Of a DNA stretch of 64,000 nt, positions 56,801 through 64,000 are shown piece after piece. The stretch is from Calditrichales bacterium. GTDB lineage: Bacteria > Calditrichota > Calditrichia > Calditrichales > J004. Below the pieces are notes generated by a model that was not told where the DNA came from, searched no databases, and saw only the letters and a list, made by a program, of their open reading frames with translations. The stretch covers positions 2,144,001-2,208,000 of the forward strand of contig OZ254086.1 of the NCBI GenBank assembly GCA_965267575.1, read 5' to 3'. Each line of letters starts with the position of its first letter. Position 1 is the first letter of the stretch. The translations under genes were made by a program, and so were the position numbers.

Positions 56801-56971
56801 GGGAAATTGCCAGCCGATCGGGATGATATCGACGATCTGGGCCAGTGCCTCATCCACCGTGTAGCCGTTGTCGCTCAGGATTTCTTCGATTTCATAAAGA
56901 CAATTGAGCTCCCGTACCCGCTCCTCAAGGCTGACAATGAGCTTGTCAAATGATTTTTTTGTTCGCCCCAT
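53801..56971 (-). CDS. PPDK_N (ATP-grasp) protein with N-terminal GAF-like region, divergent His domain and C-terminal nucleotidyltransferase domain
   Basis: GKLGGKSAGL, VRSSSLLED…FSGKY.S, MG..LQEVVG, GLGTRAV, DIEFA, LLQCRPQ, GPGRWGS, FGTHFFQDLVE; C-terminal AGS…SDVDLVI. Confidence 0.75.
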   Translation of the reverse strand: MGRTKKSFDKLIVSLEERVRELNCLYEIEEILSDNGYTVDEALAQIVDIIPIGWQFPDICRAKVTHRDNVYLSRDFRESPWMLHVDITVQERKAGSIRVYYLEEKPPLDKGPFLNEEVRLLNTISVRLGHYIMYQKLKLVFNKWESTKQDMSQRKSGEWEVILELLRRTDPDLYIRISRKMLNYMVWKGIGESEYLLQKFNPSARYEQTDVIGEANSPLRKRSFETGEKVAREVFKMAQNYLSSTEILSNIQKWIQQDKTAFLVRATSNNDTSLTDIADAVRKYFQIAPEGLQLMPSILIGVRAALIRRFFTEQLEFINIAKNYVRISDFNELIRKMIFPTGSHGKLGGKSAGLFLASRIINNVITDEETREMIRVPKTWFITSDTLIHFMHYNNLEEILEQKYKDVDEVRKEYPHVVQLFKNSHFPPEIVQGLSMALDNFGEIPIIVRSSSLLEDRLGSAFSGKYKSLFLANQGSKQERLEALMDAIAEVYASTIGPDPIEYRAERGLLDFHEEMGIMLQEVVGTRVGDYFLPSFAGVAFSNNEFRWSPRIRREDGLIRIVPGLGTRAVDRLSDDYPILIAPGQPNLKANVSINEIIRYAPQKADAINLRTKEFETIDIRELMQEHGNDYPGINRVISIFEHNNVRKPVGVNLDYTKADLIVTFDGLVKDTNFVSLIHRILKELQAALATPVDIEFASDGKYLYLLQCRPQSYSKFDAPSPIPEDIPEDRLLFSANRYVSNGTVPEITHIVYVTPDSYNALHEKKDMEAVGKAVGKLNKVLPKRKFILMGPGRWGSRGDIKLGVSVTYSDINNTCVLVEIARKKGNYVPDLSFGTHFFQDLVEAGIRYLPLYPDDSHQVFKEEVLLNAPNQLVEFLPEYRFLEDVVKVVDINSIKPGNCLRILMNADAEKAVGIFTPRDGSDLPISLLQVHGSTVMDHTRWREDMAEKIALQLDPRRFGVREMFLAGSVRSKSAQAGSDVDLVIRFKGSEEQKKALISWMEGWSLCLDEMNFQKTGYKAGGLLHLHFYDELPDNFLSMDGSHLKKLQMAVPSSDY

Positions 56972-57005
56972 GCTTATTTTCCTGTAGTGATGATATGCCT
57001 ATTAT

Positions 57006-57057
57006 ATAAAAAAGGGAGCAACGAAGTAAGAAAATTCCCCTGCTTCACTGCTCCCTT
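57006..57057 (-). terminator. Putative rho-independent terminator downstream of gdhA
   Basis: Minus strand AAGGGAGCAGTGAAGCAG…TTACTTCGTTGCTCCCTT followed by a T-tract. Confidence 0.6.
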
Positions 57058-57077
57058 AAACGAAGTAATTAGAGGTT

Positions 57078-58367
57078 TTATACCCAGCCGCGATCCTTGC
57101 AGGCTTGCGCTACCCGGCTTATGGAGATCATATAGGCTGCGTCGCGCATGTACAGCTTGCGCTTGTCGGCCATGTCATATACCGCATTAAACGCCTCAGT
57201 CATTTTGCGGTCAAGGCGCGCCAATACATCTTCACGGGTCCAGTAATAATTCATATTACTTTGTACCTGCTCAAAATAGCTGCAGGTTACGCCGCCGGCA
57301 TTGGCCAGAAAATCGGGGATGTTAAAGATACCCCTCTTCTTGAGCACATCATCGGCCTCCGGTGTGGTCGGGCCATTGGCTCCTTCGGCGATTATTTTAA
57401 CGCGATCTTTGATATTGTTCACGCTGTCGCCCGTGATCTGGTTTTCAATGGCCGAAGGCATCAGGATATCAACATCCTGTTCGAGCCATGCATTGCCATC
57501 CATGACATTATAGCCCAGGTCCGCTGCCTTGGCCTTGTCAATGCCACCGAAGCGGTCCGTGATCCTGACCAGCTCATCAATATTAACACCGTCTTTTTTA
57601 AAATAGCTGAAAGATTTCTGCTCCTTCTGGTCCCAGCAGGAGACACACACGACGGTACCGCCCAGTTCATTGTAAAGGCGAATGGCATACTGGGCCACGT
57701 TGCCAAAACCCTGAACACTGGCAATGGTATCGGTAATATTAATGTTCAGCCTGGAAAGAGCCTCGCGCAGGGTGTAAACAACACCAAAACCCGTTGCTTC
57801 CGTACGGCCCAAAGAACCGCCCATACCAACCGGTTTACCTGTAATAAAACCCGGATACTTGCCGCCAAAGATGGTTTCATACTCATCCAGCATCCACAGC
57901 ATGTGCTGACCGCTGGTCATAATATCCGGCGCCGGAACGTCGGCCAAAGGACCCACGTTGCGGGCAATTTGCCGTACCCAGCCGCGGCAGATCTGTTCCT
58001 GCTCGCGCATACTCAGGTTATGCGGGTCACAGATCACCCCTCCTTTGCCGCCGCCAAGCGGCAACTCCACAACCGCCGTTTTCCAGGTCATCCACATGGC
58101 CAAAGCCCTTACTGTATCAACCGTTTCCTGTGGGTGAAAACGGATACCGCCTTTTGAAGGCCCTAAAGCGTTATTATGTTGAACGCGAAAACCGCGAAAT
58201 ACTCTTGTTTCTCCGCTGTCCATACGCACGGGAATGCTGAAATGATACTCCCGCAGAGGATTGCGCAGCAGATCGCGCGTTCCCTGATCCAGTTCCAGCA
58301 TATCCGCAACACTATCAAACTGACGTTGCGCCATGTCGAATGCGTTAAATTCACGTTGCGCTGCCAT
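57078..58367 (-). CDS. gdhA: Glu/Leu/Phe/Val dehydrogenase, glutamate dehydrogenase
   Basis: GPSKGGIRFHP, MTWK, GGGKGG, DVPAPD, TGKP..GGS.GR.EATG.G, QGFGNV, EGANGPTT, PD.LANAGGV..SYFE. Confidence 0.93.
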   Translation of the reverse strand: MAAQREFNAFDMAQRQFDSVADMLELDQGTRDLLRNPLREYHFSIPVRMDSGETRVFRGFRVQHNNALGPSKGGIRFHPQETVDTVRALAMWMTWKTAVVELPLGGGKGGVICDPHNLSMREQEQICRGWVRQIARNVGPLADVPAPDIMTSGQHMLWMLDEYETIFGGKYPGFITGKPVGMGGSLGRTEATGFGVVYTLREALSRLNINITDTIASVQGFGNVAQYAIRLYNELGGTVVCVSCWDQKEQKSFSYFKKDGVNIDELVRITDRFGGIDKAKAADLGYNVMDGNAWLEQDVDILMPSAIENQITGDSVNNIKDRVKIIAEGANGPTTPEADDVLKKRGIFNIPDFLANAGGVTCSYFEQVQSNMNYYWTREDVLARLDRKMTEAFNAVYDMADKRKLYMRDAAYMISISRVAQACKDRGWV

Positions 58368-58510
58368 TTTTAAACATCCTTTCCTTATAAGAAAAAAGTG
58401 ATTCGTTCAAGAAATATACAAAGCTTAACGTCAAAAGAAAACCATTATTTACGCTACTTAACATCGAAATGGATGGCATAATATTTAGTTGCAAAAAGCA
58501 TTAAATATCC

Positions 58511-58576
58511 TTGCTTTCAGGACGAAAAAGGTGTATGATTGTGGGAGAAATTTCCTGAAAAATGTGATTTGTGGGG
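58511..58576 (+). promoter_or_regulatory. Sigma-70 promoter of dcw cluster with putative MraZ-binding GTGGG repeats
   Basis: TTGCTT (58511)-17 nt-TATGAT (58534); GTGGGA at 58541 and GTGGGG at 58571. Confidence 0.6.
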
Positions 58577-58600
58577 GATAATTCCTTAAATTTAAACGCC

Positions 58601-59074
58601 ATGGCACAAATCTATTTCGCCGGCGAGCATTCCTGCACGCTGGACAACAAAAACAGAGTTAACATCCCTGCCGGTATCCGCAAGATGCTGGGCAGCGAAG
58701 CGGAGAACACCCTGGTCTTTGCGCCCGGTTTCGAGGATGTCAACCTCTATGCCTATCCCCTGAACGAATGGAACAAACTGACAGACAATTTTAAGAAATT
58801 CAAACCGTTCGACAAAGCCGCGCGCGATTTTATCCGCCTTTTTGTGGGGCGCTCGTTTCCGGCCACGATGGACGGGCAGGGCCGCATTATGCTGCCCGAT
58901 CGAATTTTAAAAATCGCGCAGATTGAGAGTGAAATGTTGATTTTGGGTTCTGTCTCCAAGCTGGAGATATGGAATCCACGCGTATACCAGGAATACCTGG
59001 ACACCAACAAACTGGGTTTGGCCGACCTGGCGCAAAAGATCAATTTTTCGGACATGCTCTTTGACGAGGAGTAA
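58601..59074 (+). CDS. mraZ: Division/cell-wall cluster transcriptional regulator MraZ
   Basis: F.GE…LD.KNR..IPA..R, D.QGRI.LP, G….LEIW; first gene of the dcw cluster. Confidence 0.95.
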   Translation: MAQIYFAGEHSCTLDNKNRVNIPAGIRKMLGSEAENTLVFAPGFEDVNLYAYPLNEWNKLTDNFKKFKPFDKAARDFIRLFVGRSFPATMDGQGRIMLPDRILKIAQIESEMLILGSVSKLEIWNPRVYQEYLDTNKLGLADLAQKINFSDMLFDEE

Positions 59075-59076
59075 TA

Positions 59077-60003
59077 ATGTCCACCCCGTACCACATTCCG
59101 GTATTGGGCCGTGAAGTGTGCGACGCTTTGCTGCTTAATCCAGGCGGCGTCTATGTGGATGGCACGCTGGGCGGTGGCGGTCATGCCGAAATGATTCTGA
59201 AGCGCCTGGAAAAAGAGGCCCTGTACATTGGCATCGATCGGGATCCCGAAGCTCTGGTATTCGCCGGCAGGAGATTGCAGCGTTTTGATAATTTTAAGGC
59301 TGCACAGGCTCGTTTCGATCGCCTCGGCGACGTTTTGAGCCAGGCCGGATTGAAAAGCGTGGATGGCATTTTGCTGGACCTGGGTGTGTCATCCCGGCAA
59401 ATAGACGAAGACACACGCGGGTTTGCCTACCGCCGGGGTCTGAAACTGGATATGCGTATGGATACGAAACAGGATCTTACCGCTGAATGGATTGTCAACA
59501 ACTACTCTGCCGCAGAACTTACCCGCATATTCCGTGAATACGGTGAAGAGCGCTTCGCGGGGCGCATTGCCCGCAAAATCGAAGAAGCGCGTAATAAGAC
59601 CCCCGTTACGACAAGCGACCAGTTGATAGATATTATTGACCGTTGTGTTAACCCGCGCTTTGCGGTTAAAAGCTATGCCCGGATATTTCAGGCCCTGCGC
59701 ATTGCCGTAAACGATGAGCTTAAGGCGCTGGAAAACCTGTTGGAGCAAGGGCCTGACCTGTTGCACAAAGGCGGAAGGCTGGCGGTAATAACCTATCACT
59801 CTTTGGAGGACCGCATCGTTAAGCAGGCATTGCAGACAATGGAGAATCCCTGCATCTGCCCGCCGGATTTTCCGCAATGCGTATGTGGAAGAGAGCCGCG
59901 GATGAAGCGTGTTAAGCCCTTTTTTATTCTGCCGGGTGATGAAGAGATCGCTCAAAACCCGCGGGCACGCAGCGCAAAACTGAGAGTGGGAGAAAAGATA
60001 TGA
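59077..60003 (+). CDS. rsmH: 16S rRNA m4C1402 methyltransferase RsmH
   Basis: HIPVL, D.TLG.GGH, DLGVSS.Q.D, LDMRMD, FQALRI.VN.EL, HSLEDRIVK, NPRARSAKLR. Confidence 0.97.
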   Translation: MSTPYHIPVLGREVCDALLLNPGGVYVDGTLGGGGHAEMILKRLEKEALYIGIDRDPEALVFAGRRLQRFDNFKAAQARFDRLGDVLSQAGLKSVDGILLDLGVSSRQIDEDTRGFAYRRGLKLDMRMDTKQDLTAEWIVNNYSAAELTRIFREYGEERFAGRIARKIEEARNKTPVTTSDQLIDIIDRCVNPRFAVKSYARIFQALRIAVNDELKALENLLEQGPDLLHKGGRLAVITYHSLEDRIVKQALQTMENPCICPPDFPQCVCGREPRMKRVKPFFILPGDEEIAQNPRARSAKLRVGEKI

Positions 60004-60377
60004 AACAATCACCATTTAGTTTTAAAAGGATATTGATCAGCATGCCGCTGCTTTTTCTGTTTATTGGCGGCATCGCGCTTTACCAATATCAAAAATTCCA
60101 GATTGACCTGGTGCTAAAGGACATGCCGGCGCTGCACAAAAAGCACAGCCATCTGGTCAGCGAAACGGCATACCTGCAGGCCGAGATTGACAGGCTGAGT
60201 AATATCAACCGCATTTCGTCCATGGCAAAAAAGGAATTCGGTCTGGTTTTTGACGAACAGCCGCGGCAAACTCTGGTATTTGAAAACAGCGACCGCTTAT
60301 CCGACATACGCAGAGAATTTGCGGACAAGCAAAAAAACAAAAAACCCGAGACCATACAATCCGCCGGGATGAATTGA
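60000..60377 (+). CDS. ftsL: Cell division protein FtsL
   Basis: Single TM, coiled coil, L….RI..A…GL; lies between rsmH and ftsI. Confidence 0.75.
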   Translation: MKQSPFSFKRILISMPLLFLFIGGIALYQYQKFQIDLVLKDMPALHKKHSHLVSETAYLQAEIDRLSNINRISSMAKKEFGLVFDEQPRQTLVFENSDRLSDIRREFADKQKNKKPETIQSAGMN

Positions 60378-60380
60378 ACT

Positions 60381-62453
60381 ATGAAACAGCCACTGTCTCC
60401 CCTGCACGGAGGGCGTTTTTACGTTCTGTTTACATTGCTGATTGTCTTCTGGGCATTGCTCGAAGCCAATCTTTTGCGTCTGCAGGTAGGCATGCACGAT
60501 GAGCTGACCGCCCTGGCCGAAGGACAGTATTATTCCAGCATAAAGCAAAAGGCGCCGCGCGGATTGATCTACGACCGCAACCTGAACAAGCTGGCCGCCA
60601 ATATCCTGCTGTACGATATCGCCGTTGACCCGACCAGGCTGGAGAATAAAGGCGCATTGGTAAACAGGATGGCAACGCGTTTTAACAGCAGCGCGGCCCA
60701 CTACCGGCGGCTGGTCAACAAGCCCAATACGGAGCATGTTTACCTGGAACGCCGCGTATCGCAAGCTGTTCTGGGCGATTTGCTGCAGCTTGATGATCCG
60801 GGCTTTATCGCCCACGAGGGTTTTGGTCGCTATTATCCGCTCAGCGGCACGGCTGCGCAGCTTCTCGGTTTTACCAATACGGAAGACAAAGGGTTGAGCG
60901 GACTGGAACTTCAATATGATTCGCTGCTCACCGGGCGTGACGGCGAATATATCCTGCTGCGCGACGGCCGCAGGCGTCTCTCGTTTGATGCGCATCGCCC
61001 CGTTCTGCCGGCCATCCCCGGCAAAGACCTGGTGCTGACGCTGGACAAGAATATTCAATCGGTTACCGAGGACGCCCTTAAGAAGGGTGTGGATGCCATG
61101 CGTGCCGACAACGGTATGGCGGTGGTGCTTGATCCCCGGACGGGTGCGGTGCTGGCCATGGCCAACTACCCCGGTTTCGATCCCAATGACCAGTCTGCCT
61201 ATGGCACGCAGCGCAAACGCAACCGCGTGATCACAGACGCTTTTGAACCCGGCTCAACGATGAAGATGTTTACAGCCGCGGCTATCCTGCAGGAGAGATT
61301 ACACAAACCGCAGGATATCGTTTTTTGCGAAAACGGACGCTATAAATATGCTTCGCATGTTTACCGCGATACCAAGCCCCATGGCTGGCTCAGTTTCAAC
61401 CATGTGATAGAGAAGTCGTCCAACATCGGTATGATAAAGCTGGCGGAGAAAATGCCGTCCAACATTTTTTTTCGCTACCTCAAAAGCTTTGGTTTTGGCG
61501 AGGAGACGGGCATCGGTCTTTGGGGTGAAGCGGAAGGTTCTTTAAGCCAGCCGGCACAATGGTCCCGGCTTTCCCGCGCCTCTATCTCCATCGGTCAGGA
61601 GATTGGTGTTACCGCGATCCAGATTTCCGCGGCATTTGCGGCGCTGGTAAACGGTGGTTATCTCTACCGCCCTTACGTGGTTAAAGCCGTTCGCGATATC
61701 GACGGCAGTGAGGAAGTCATAAATGAACCGTACAAAGTCCGGCAGATCATTGCGCCGGAAGTGAGCGAAATATTAAAAGGCATGATGCACGATGTAGTCG
61801 AAACCGGCACCGGTATCAAGGCCAGGCCCGATGGTATCGAAGTAGGCGGTAAAACCGGTACCGCGCAGAAGTTTGACCGTGAAAAAAAGCAATATACCTG
61901 GGGGCGCTATGTCTCCTCTTTCATTGGGTTTGCGCCTTATGATGAGCCGCGCTATATCTGCGCCGTTTTTATTGATGAGCCGCGCAACATGTATTACGGC
62001 GGCGACGTGGCCGGTCCGGTATTCCGCGACATCATCAGCCAGATCATTCATATATCGCCGCAACAGCAACAGCAAAAAGACATTGAAAATGAGTATAAGA
62101 TCGCCCTGGCCAGCCGCAGCACAAGTCTGCCGGATATGCAGGGTTTTTCCGTGGAAGGCGCGCGCGAGCTGCTGGAAGAGCGCGGATATGATGTGGACAT
62201 CCATGGCGAGGGCAGTATTGTAAAGACATTAAGTTTTGACGATGACGATGTAACAATCGAAACGATTTTTGCCGGCGCCGAAAGAACGGTTGTGCCGGAG
62301 CTGCGCGGCTTAACCTTGCGCGAGGCATTGAAGCAAATTGATTTTGCCCGGCTGGATGTGCAGGTGCAGGGCAACGGGACCGTCGTGCGCCAGTCGCTAA
62401 GGGCGGGCACCCGTATCAACGGGCGCGGCAGCCTGGTACTCTATTGTAATTGA
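60381..62453 (+). CDS. ftsI: Penicillin-binding protein 3 (FtsI) with C-terminal PASTA domains
   Basis: RG.I.DRN, R.YP, GLE, EPGSTMK (SxxK), SSN, KTGTAQK. Confidence 0.93.
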   Translation: MKQPLSPLHGGRFYVLFTLLIVFWALLEANLLRLQVGMHDELTALAEGQYYSSIKQKAPRGLIYDRNLNKLAANILLYDIAVDPTRLENKGALVNRMATRFNSSAAHYRRLVNKPNTEHVYLERRVSQAVLGDLLQLDDPGFIAHEGFGRYYPLSGTAAQLLGFTNTEDKGLSGLELQYDSLLTGRDGEYILLRDGRRRLSFDAHRPVLPAIPGKDLVLTLDKNIQSVTEDALKKGVDAMRADNGMAVVLDPRTGAVLAMANYPGFDPNDQSAYGTQRKRNRVITDAFEPGSTMKMFTAAAILQERLHKPQDIVFCENGRYKYASHVYRDTKPHGWLSFNHVIEKSSNIGMIKLAEKMPSNIFFRYLKSFGFGEETGIGLWGEAEGSLSQPAQWSRLSRASISIGQEIGVTAIQISAAFAALVNGGYLYRPYVVKAVRDIDGSEEVINEPYKVRQIIAPEVSEILKGMMHDVVETGTGIKARPDGIEVGGKTGTAQKFDREKKQYTWGRYVSSFIGFAPYDEPRYICAVFIDEPRNMYYGGDVAGPVFRDIISQIIHISPQQQQQKDIENEYKIALASRSTSLPDMQGFSVEGARELLEERGYDVDIHGEGSIVKTLSFDDDDVTIETIFAGAERTVVPELRGLTLREALKQIDFARLDVQVQGNGTVVRQSLRAGTRINGRGSLVLYCN

Positions 62454-62462
62454 GAAGCATTT

Positions 62463-63908
62463 ATGAAAATCGAAGCACTGTTTAAAGACGTGGAAGCAGA
62501 AATGAAGGGCATACCCGCCGGCATAGACGTGAGCGGCCTGCAATATGACTCACGCAAGGTCGGCAAAGGTGACCTGTTCGTGGCCGTAAGGGGCTATGAA
62601 ACGGACGGGCACCGTTATCTGCCCGCGGCAAAAGAAAAAGGTGCAGTGCTGGCGGTGGTGGAAGAGATAAACAAGACCATTGACGTACCGCAGGTGCGGG
62701 TTAAGGACAGCCGCGCGGCCATGGCATTGCTGGCGCGTAATTTTCATACCAAAAAACTGGCCGGATTTAAGATGGTCGGGGTTACCGGAACAAACGGCAA
62801 AACCACCACGGTTTTTCTTATCCGCCAGATGCTGGAAAAGGCCGGAATCTCCTGCGGGCTGATTGGAACAATCCAGTACATAATTGGAAAGAAGCGGGTG
62901 AATTCCTGGAATACGACGCCTGAAGCCATTGACCTTTATGACATGATGGTGCAAATGGCCGGGGCCGGCAACAAAGCCTGCGTGCTGGAAGTTTCATCGC
63001 ACGCGCTGGCCCTTAAGCGTGTTTACGGCTTTAGTTTTGATGCGGCCGTTTTTACAAATCTAAGCCGCGACCACCTGGATTTTCACCAGGATATGGAAAC
63101 ATATTTCGTCGAAAAAAAGCGCCTTTTTGATCAACTTGGCAAAGAGGGTAAGGCCATTGTAAATGCTGATGATATGTACGGCAAAAGTCTGGCGGTTGAG
63201 CTTGGCGCTAAAGCCGTCACATTTGGTAAAGCTGAGGTGTGCGATATCCGCGCTTTGAATTGGGAAATTGCCGCCGAGGGCACGTCCATCAAGGTGAAGA
63301 CCGGTGATGATGAAATGCTAATAAAATCCCCGCTGATCGGTGATTTTAATGTGCACAACATTTTGGGCGCCGCGGGTGCGGGACTACAGCTCGGGCTGAA
63401 ACCGGCGCAGGTCGCGGAAGGGCTGGCCAGCCTGGATGCCGTGCCGGGACGCCTGCAGAAAATTACCCTTAACAATGGGGCGATCGCCGTAATTGATTAC
63501 GCGCATACGCCGGACGCGCTGGAAAAAGCTTTGCGCACATTACGCGGACTGACCGCCGGAAAGCTGATAGTTGTATTTGGCTGCGGCGGTGATCGTGACC
63601 GCGGCAAAAGGCCGGAAATGGGCAAAATAGCTCAGGACTGTGCCGACATGATTATCGTGACCGATGACAACCCGCGTACCGAGGATCCGCAGCGCATTAT
63701 TGATGACATTCTCGCGGGAACAAGACCGTCGCCTAACCTGCGCGTAGTCAACGATCGCAGGCGGGCGCTAGCCGACGCGCTGGAACAGATTTCGCCCGGC
63801 GATGTGTTGCTGGTTGCCGGAAAGGGGCACGAAACATACCAGGTGCTGGGAACCGTTAAGCATCCTTTTGATGAGGCCGCAATTATCAGGGAGCTGGATA
63901 ATGCTTAG
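62463..63908 (+). CDS. murE: UDP-N-acetylmuramoyl-L-alanyl-D-glutamate--2,6-diaminopimelate ligase
   Basis: GVTGTNGKTT, EVSSH, TNL.RDHLD.H, DYAHTPD, DNPR (DAP specificity), AGKGHE. Confidence 0.97.
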   Translation: MKIEALFKDVEAEMKGIPAGIDVSGLQYDSRKVGKGDLFVAVRGYETDGHRYLPAAKEKGAVLAVVEEINKTIDVPQVRVKDSRAAMALLARNFHTKKLAGFKMVGVTGTNGKTTTVFLIRQMLEKAGISCGLIGTIQYIIGKKRVNSWNTTPEAIDLYDMMVQMAGAGNKACVLEVSSHALALKRVYGFSFDAAVFTNLSRDHLDFHQDMETYFVEKKRLFDQLGKEGKAIVNADDMYGKSLAVELGAKAVTFGKAEVCDIRALNWEIAAEGTSIKVKTGDDEMLIKSPLIGDFNVHNILGAAGAGLQLGLKPAQVAEGLASLDAVPGRLQKITLNNGAIAVIDYAHTPDALEKALRTLRGLTAGKLIVVFGCGGDRDRGKRPEMGKIAQDCADMIIVTDDNPRTEDPQRIIDDILAGTRPSPNLRVVNDRRRALADALEQISPGDVLLVAGKGHETYQVLGTVKHPFDEAAIIRELDNA

Positions 63909-64000
63909 CATCAGCTTTCAGGATTTTTTGAAAATGCCCGACCTGCGCCTGTTCAACATGTCGGATGACATCATAGGCCGGCGCCACATCAAGGGCATAT
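63901..64000 (+). CDS. murF: Start of next dcw gene, probably MurF (truncated by window edge)
   Basis: ATG overlapping the murE end, frame open to the window edge; identity inferred only from gene order. Confidence 0.5.
   Translation, partial: MLSISFQDFLKMPDLRLFNMSDDIIGRRHIKGI

Noticed and set aside
57105-58157. 350-aa plus-strand ORF
   Set aside because: It is antisense to the strongly supported gdhA, has no recognisable motifs, and is a typical shadow ORF.
58474-58493. TGGCAT…TTGCA sigma-54-like box upstream of mraZ
   Set aside because: The spacer is 9 nt rather than the strict 5 nt, and a good sigma-70 promoter lies just downstream.
62060-62075. CAA/CAG run (poly-Gln) in ftsI
   Set aside because: It is a five-codon in-frame linker and not a meaningful repeat locus.
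1-64000. CRISPR arrays, tRNA/rRNA, IS elements, prophage, exosortase or PEP-CTERM tails
   Set aside because: None were recognised by eye. Intergenic gaps are all short (<250 nt) and no ORF shows transposase, integrase or exosortase motifs.

Overview
Gene-dense bacterial chromosome segment. It most likely comes from an FCB-superphylum organism (Calditrichota-like); this is inferred from the PorV-family gene and the FlgD/T9SS-type-A-like 'YPNPFN...SGxYxY' C-terminal domains. Positions 1-52.7 kb form one almost continuous plus-strand cell-surface locus with three parts. (i) ~1-23 kb is a Wzx/Wzy exopolysaccharide cluster built from families normally linked to PEP-CTERM/exosortase EPS loci: an AMP-ligase, FemAB-like protein, ACP, O-antigen ligase-like protein, GT2/GT4s and deacetylases. 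It also carries a LarA-family racemase, a sulfotransferase, a kinase and two heparinase-like lyases. (ii) ~23-46.8 kb holds a second flippase, a Dol-P-Man-synthase-like/GT2 fusion and a GT-C, interleaved with an isoprenoid-modification set: GGPP synthase, a frameshifted UbiA prenyltransferase, a CrtC/tocopherol-cyclase-like protein, an RPH-type dikinase, a GT1/GT28 enzyme, methyltransferases, two geranylgeranyl-reductase-like flavoproteins and a radical SAM enzyme. (iii) A sigma-54-type promoter precedes PorV and an Ig-repeat CTD protein, followed by AraC and a deacetylase. Next come a membrane-tailed receiver protein, yjbQ, a minus-strand gdhA plus a PPDK-N/His/nucleotidyltransferase fusion, and the start of the dcw cluster (mraZ-rsmH-ftsL-ftsI-murE-murF'). 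I recognised no rRNA, tRNA, CRISPR array or mobile element. All product calls come from motifs read by eye; no database search was run.
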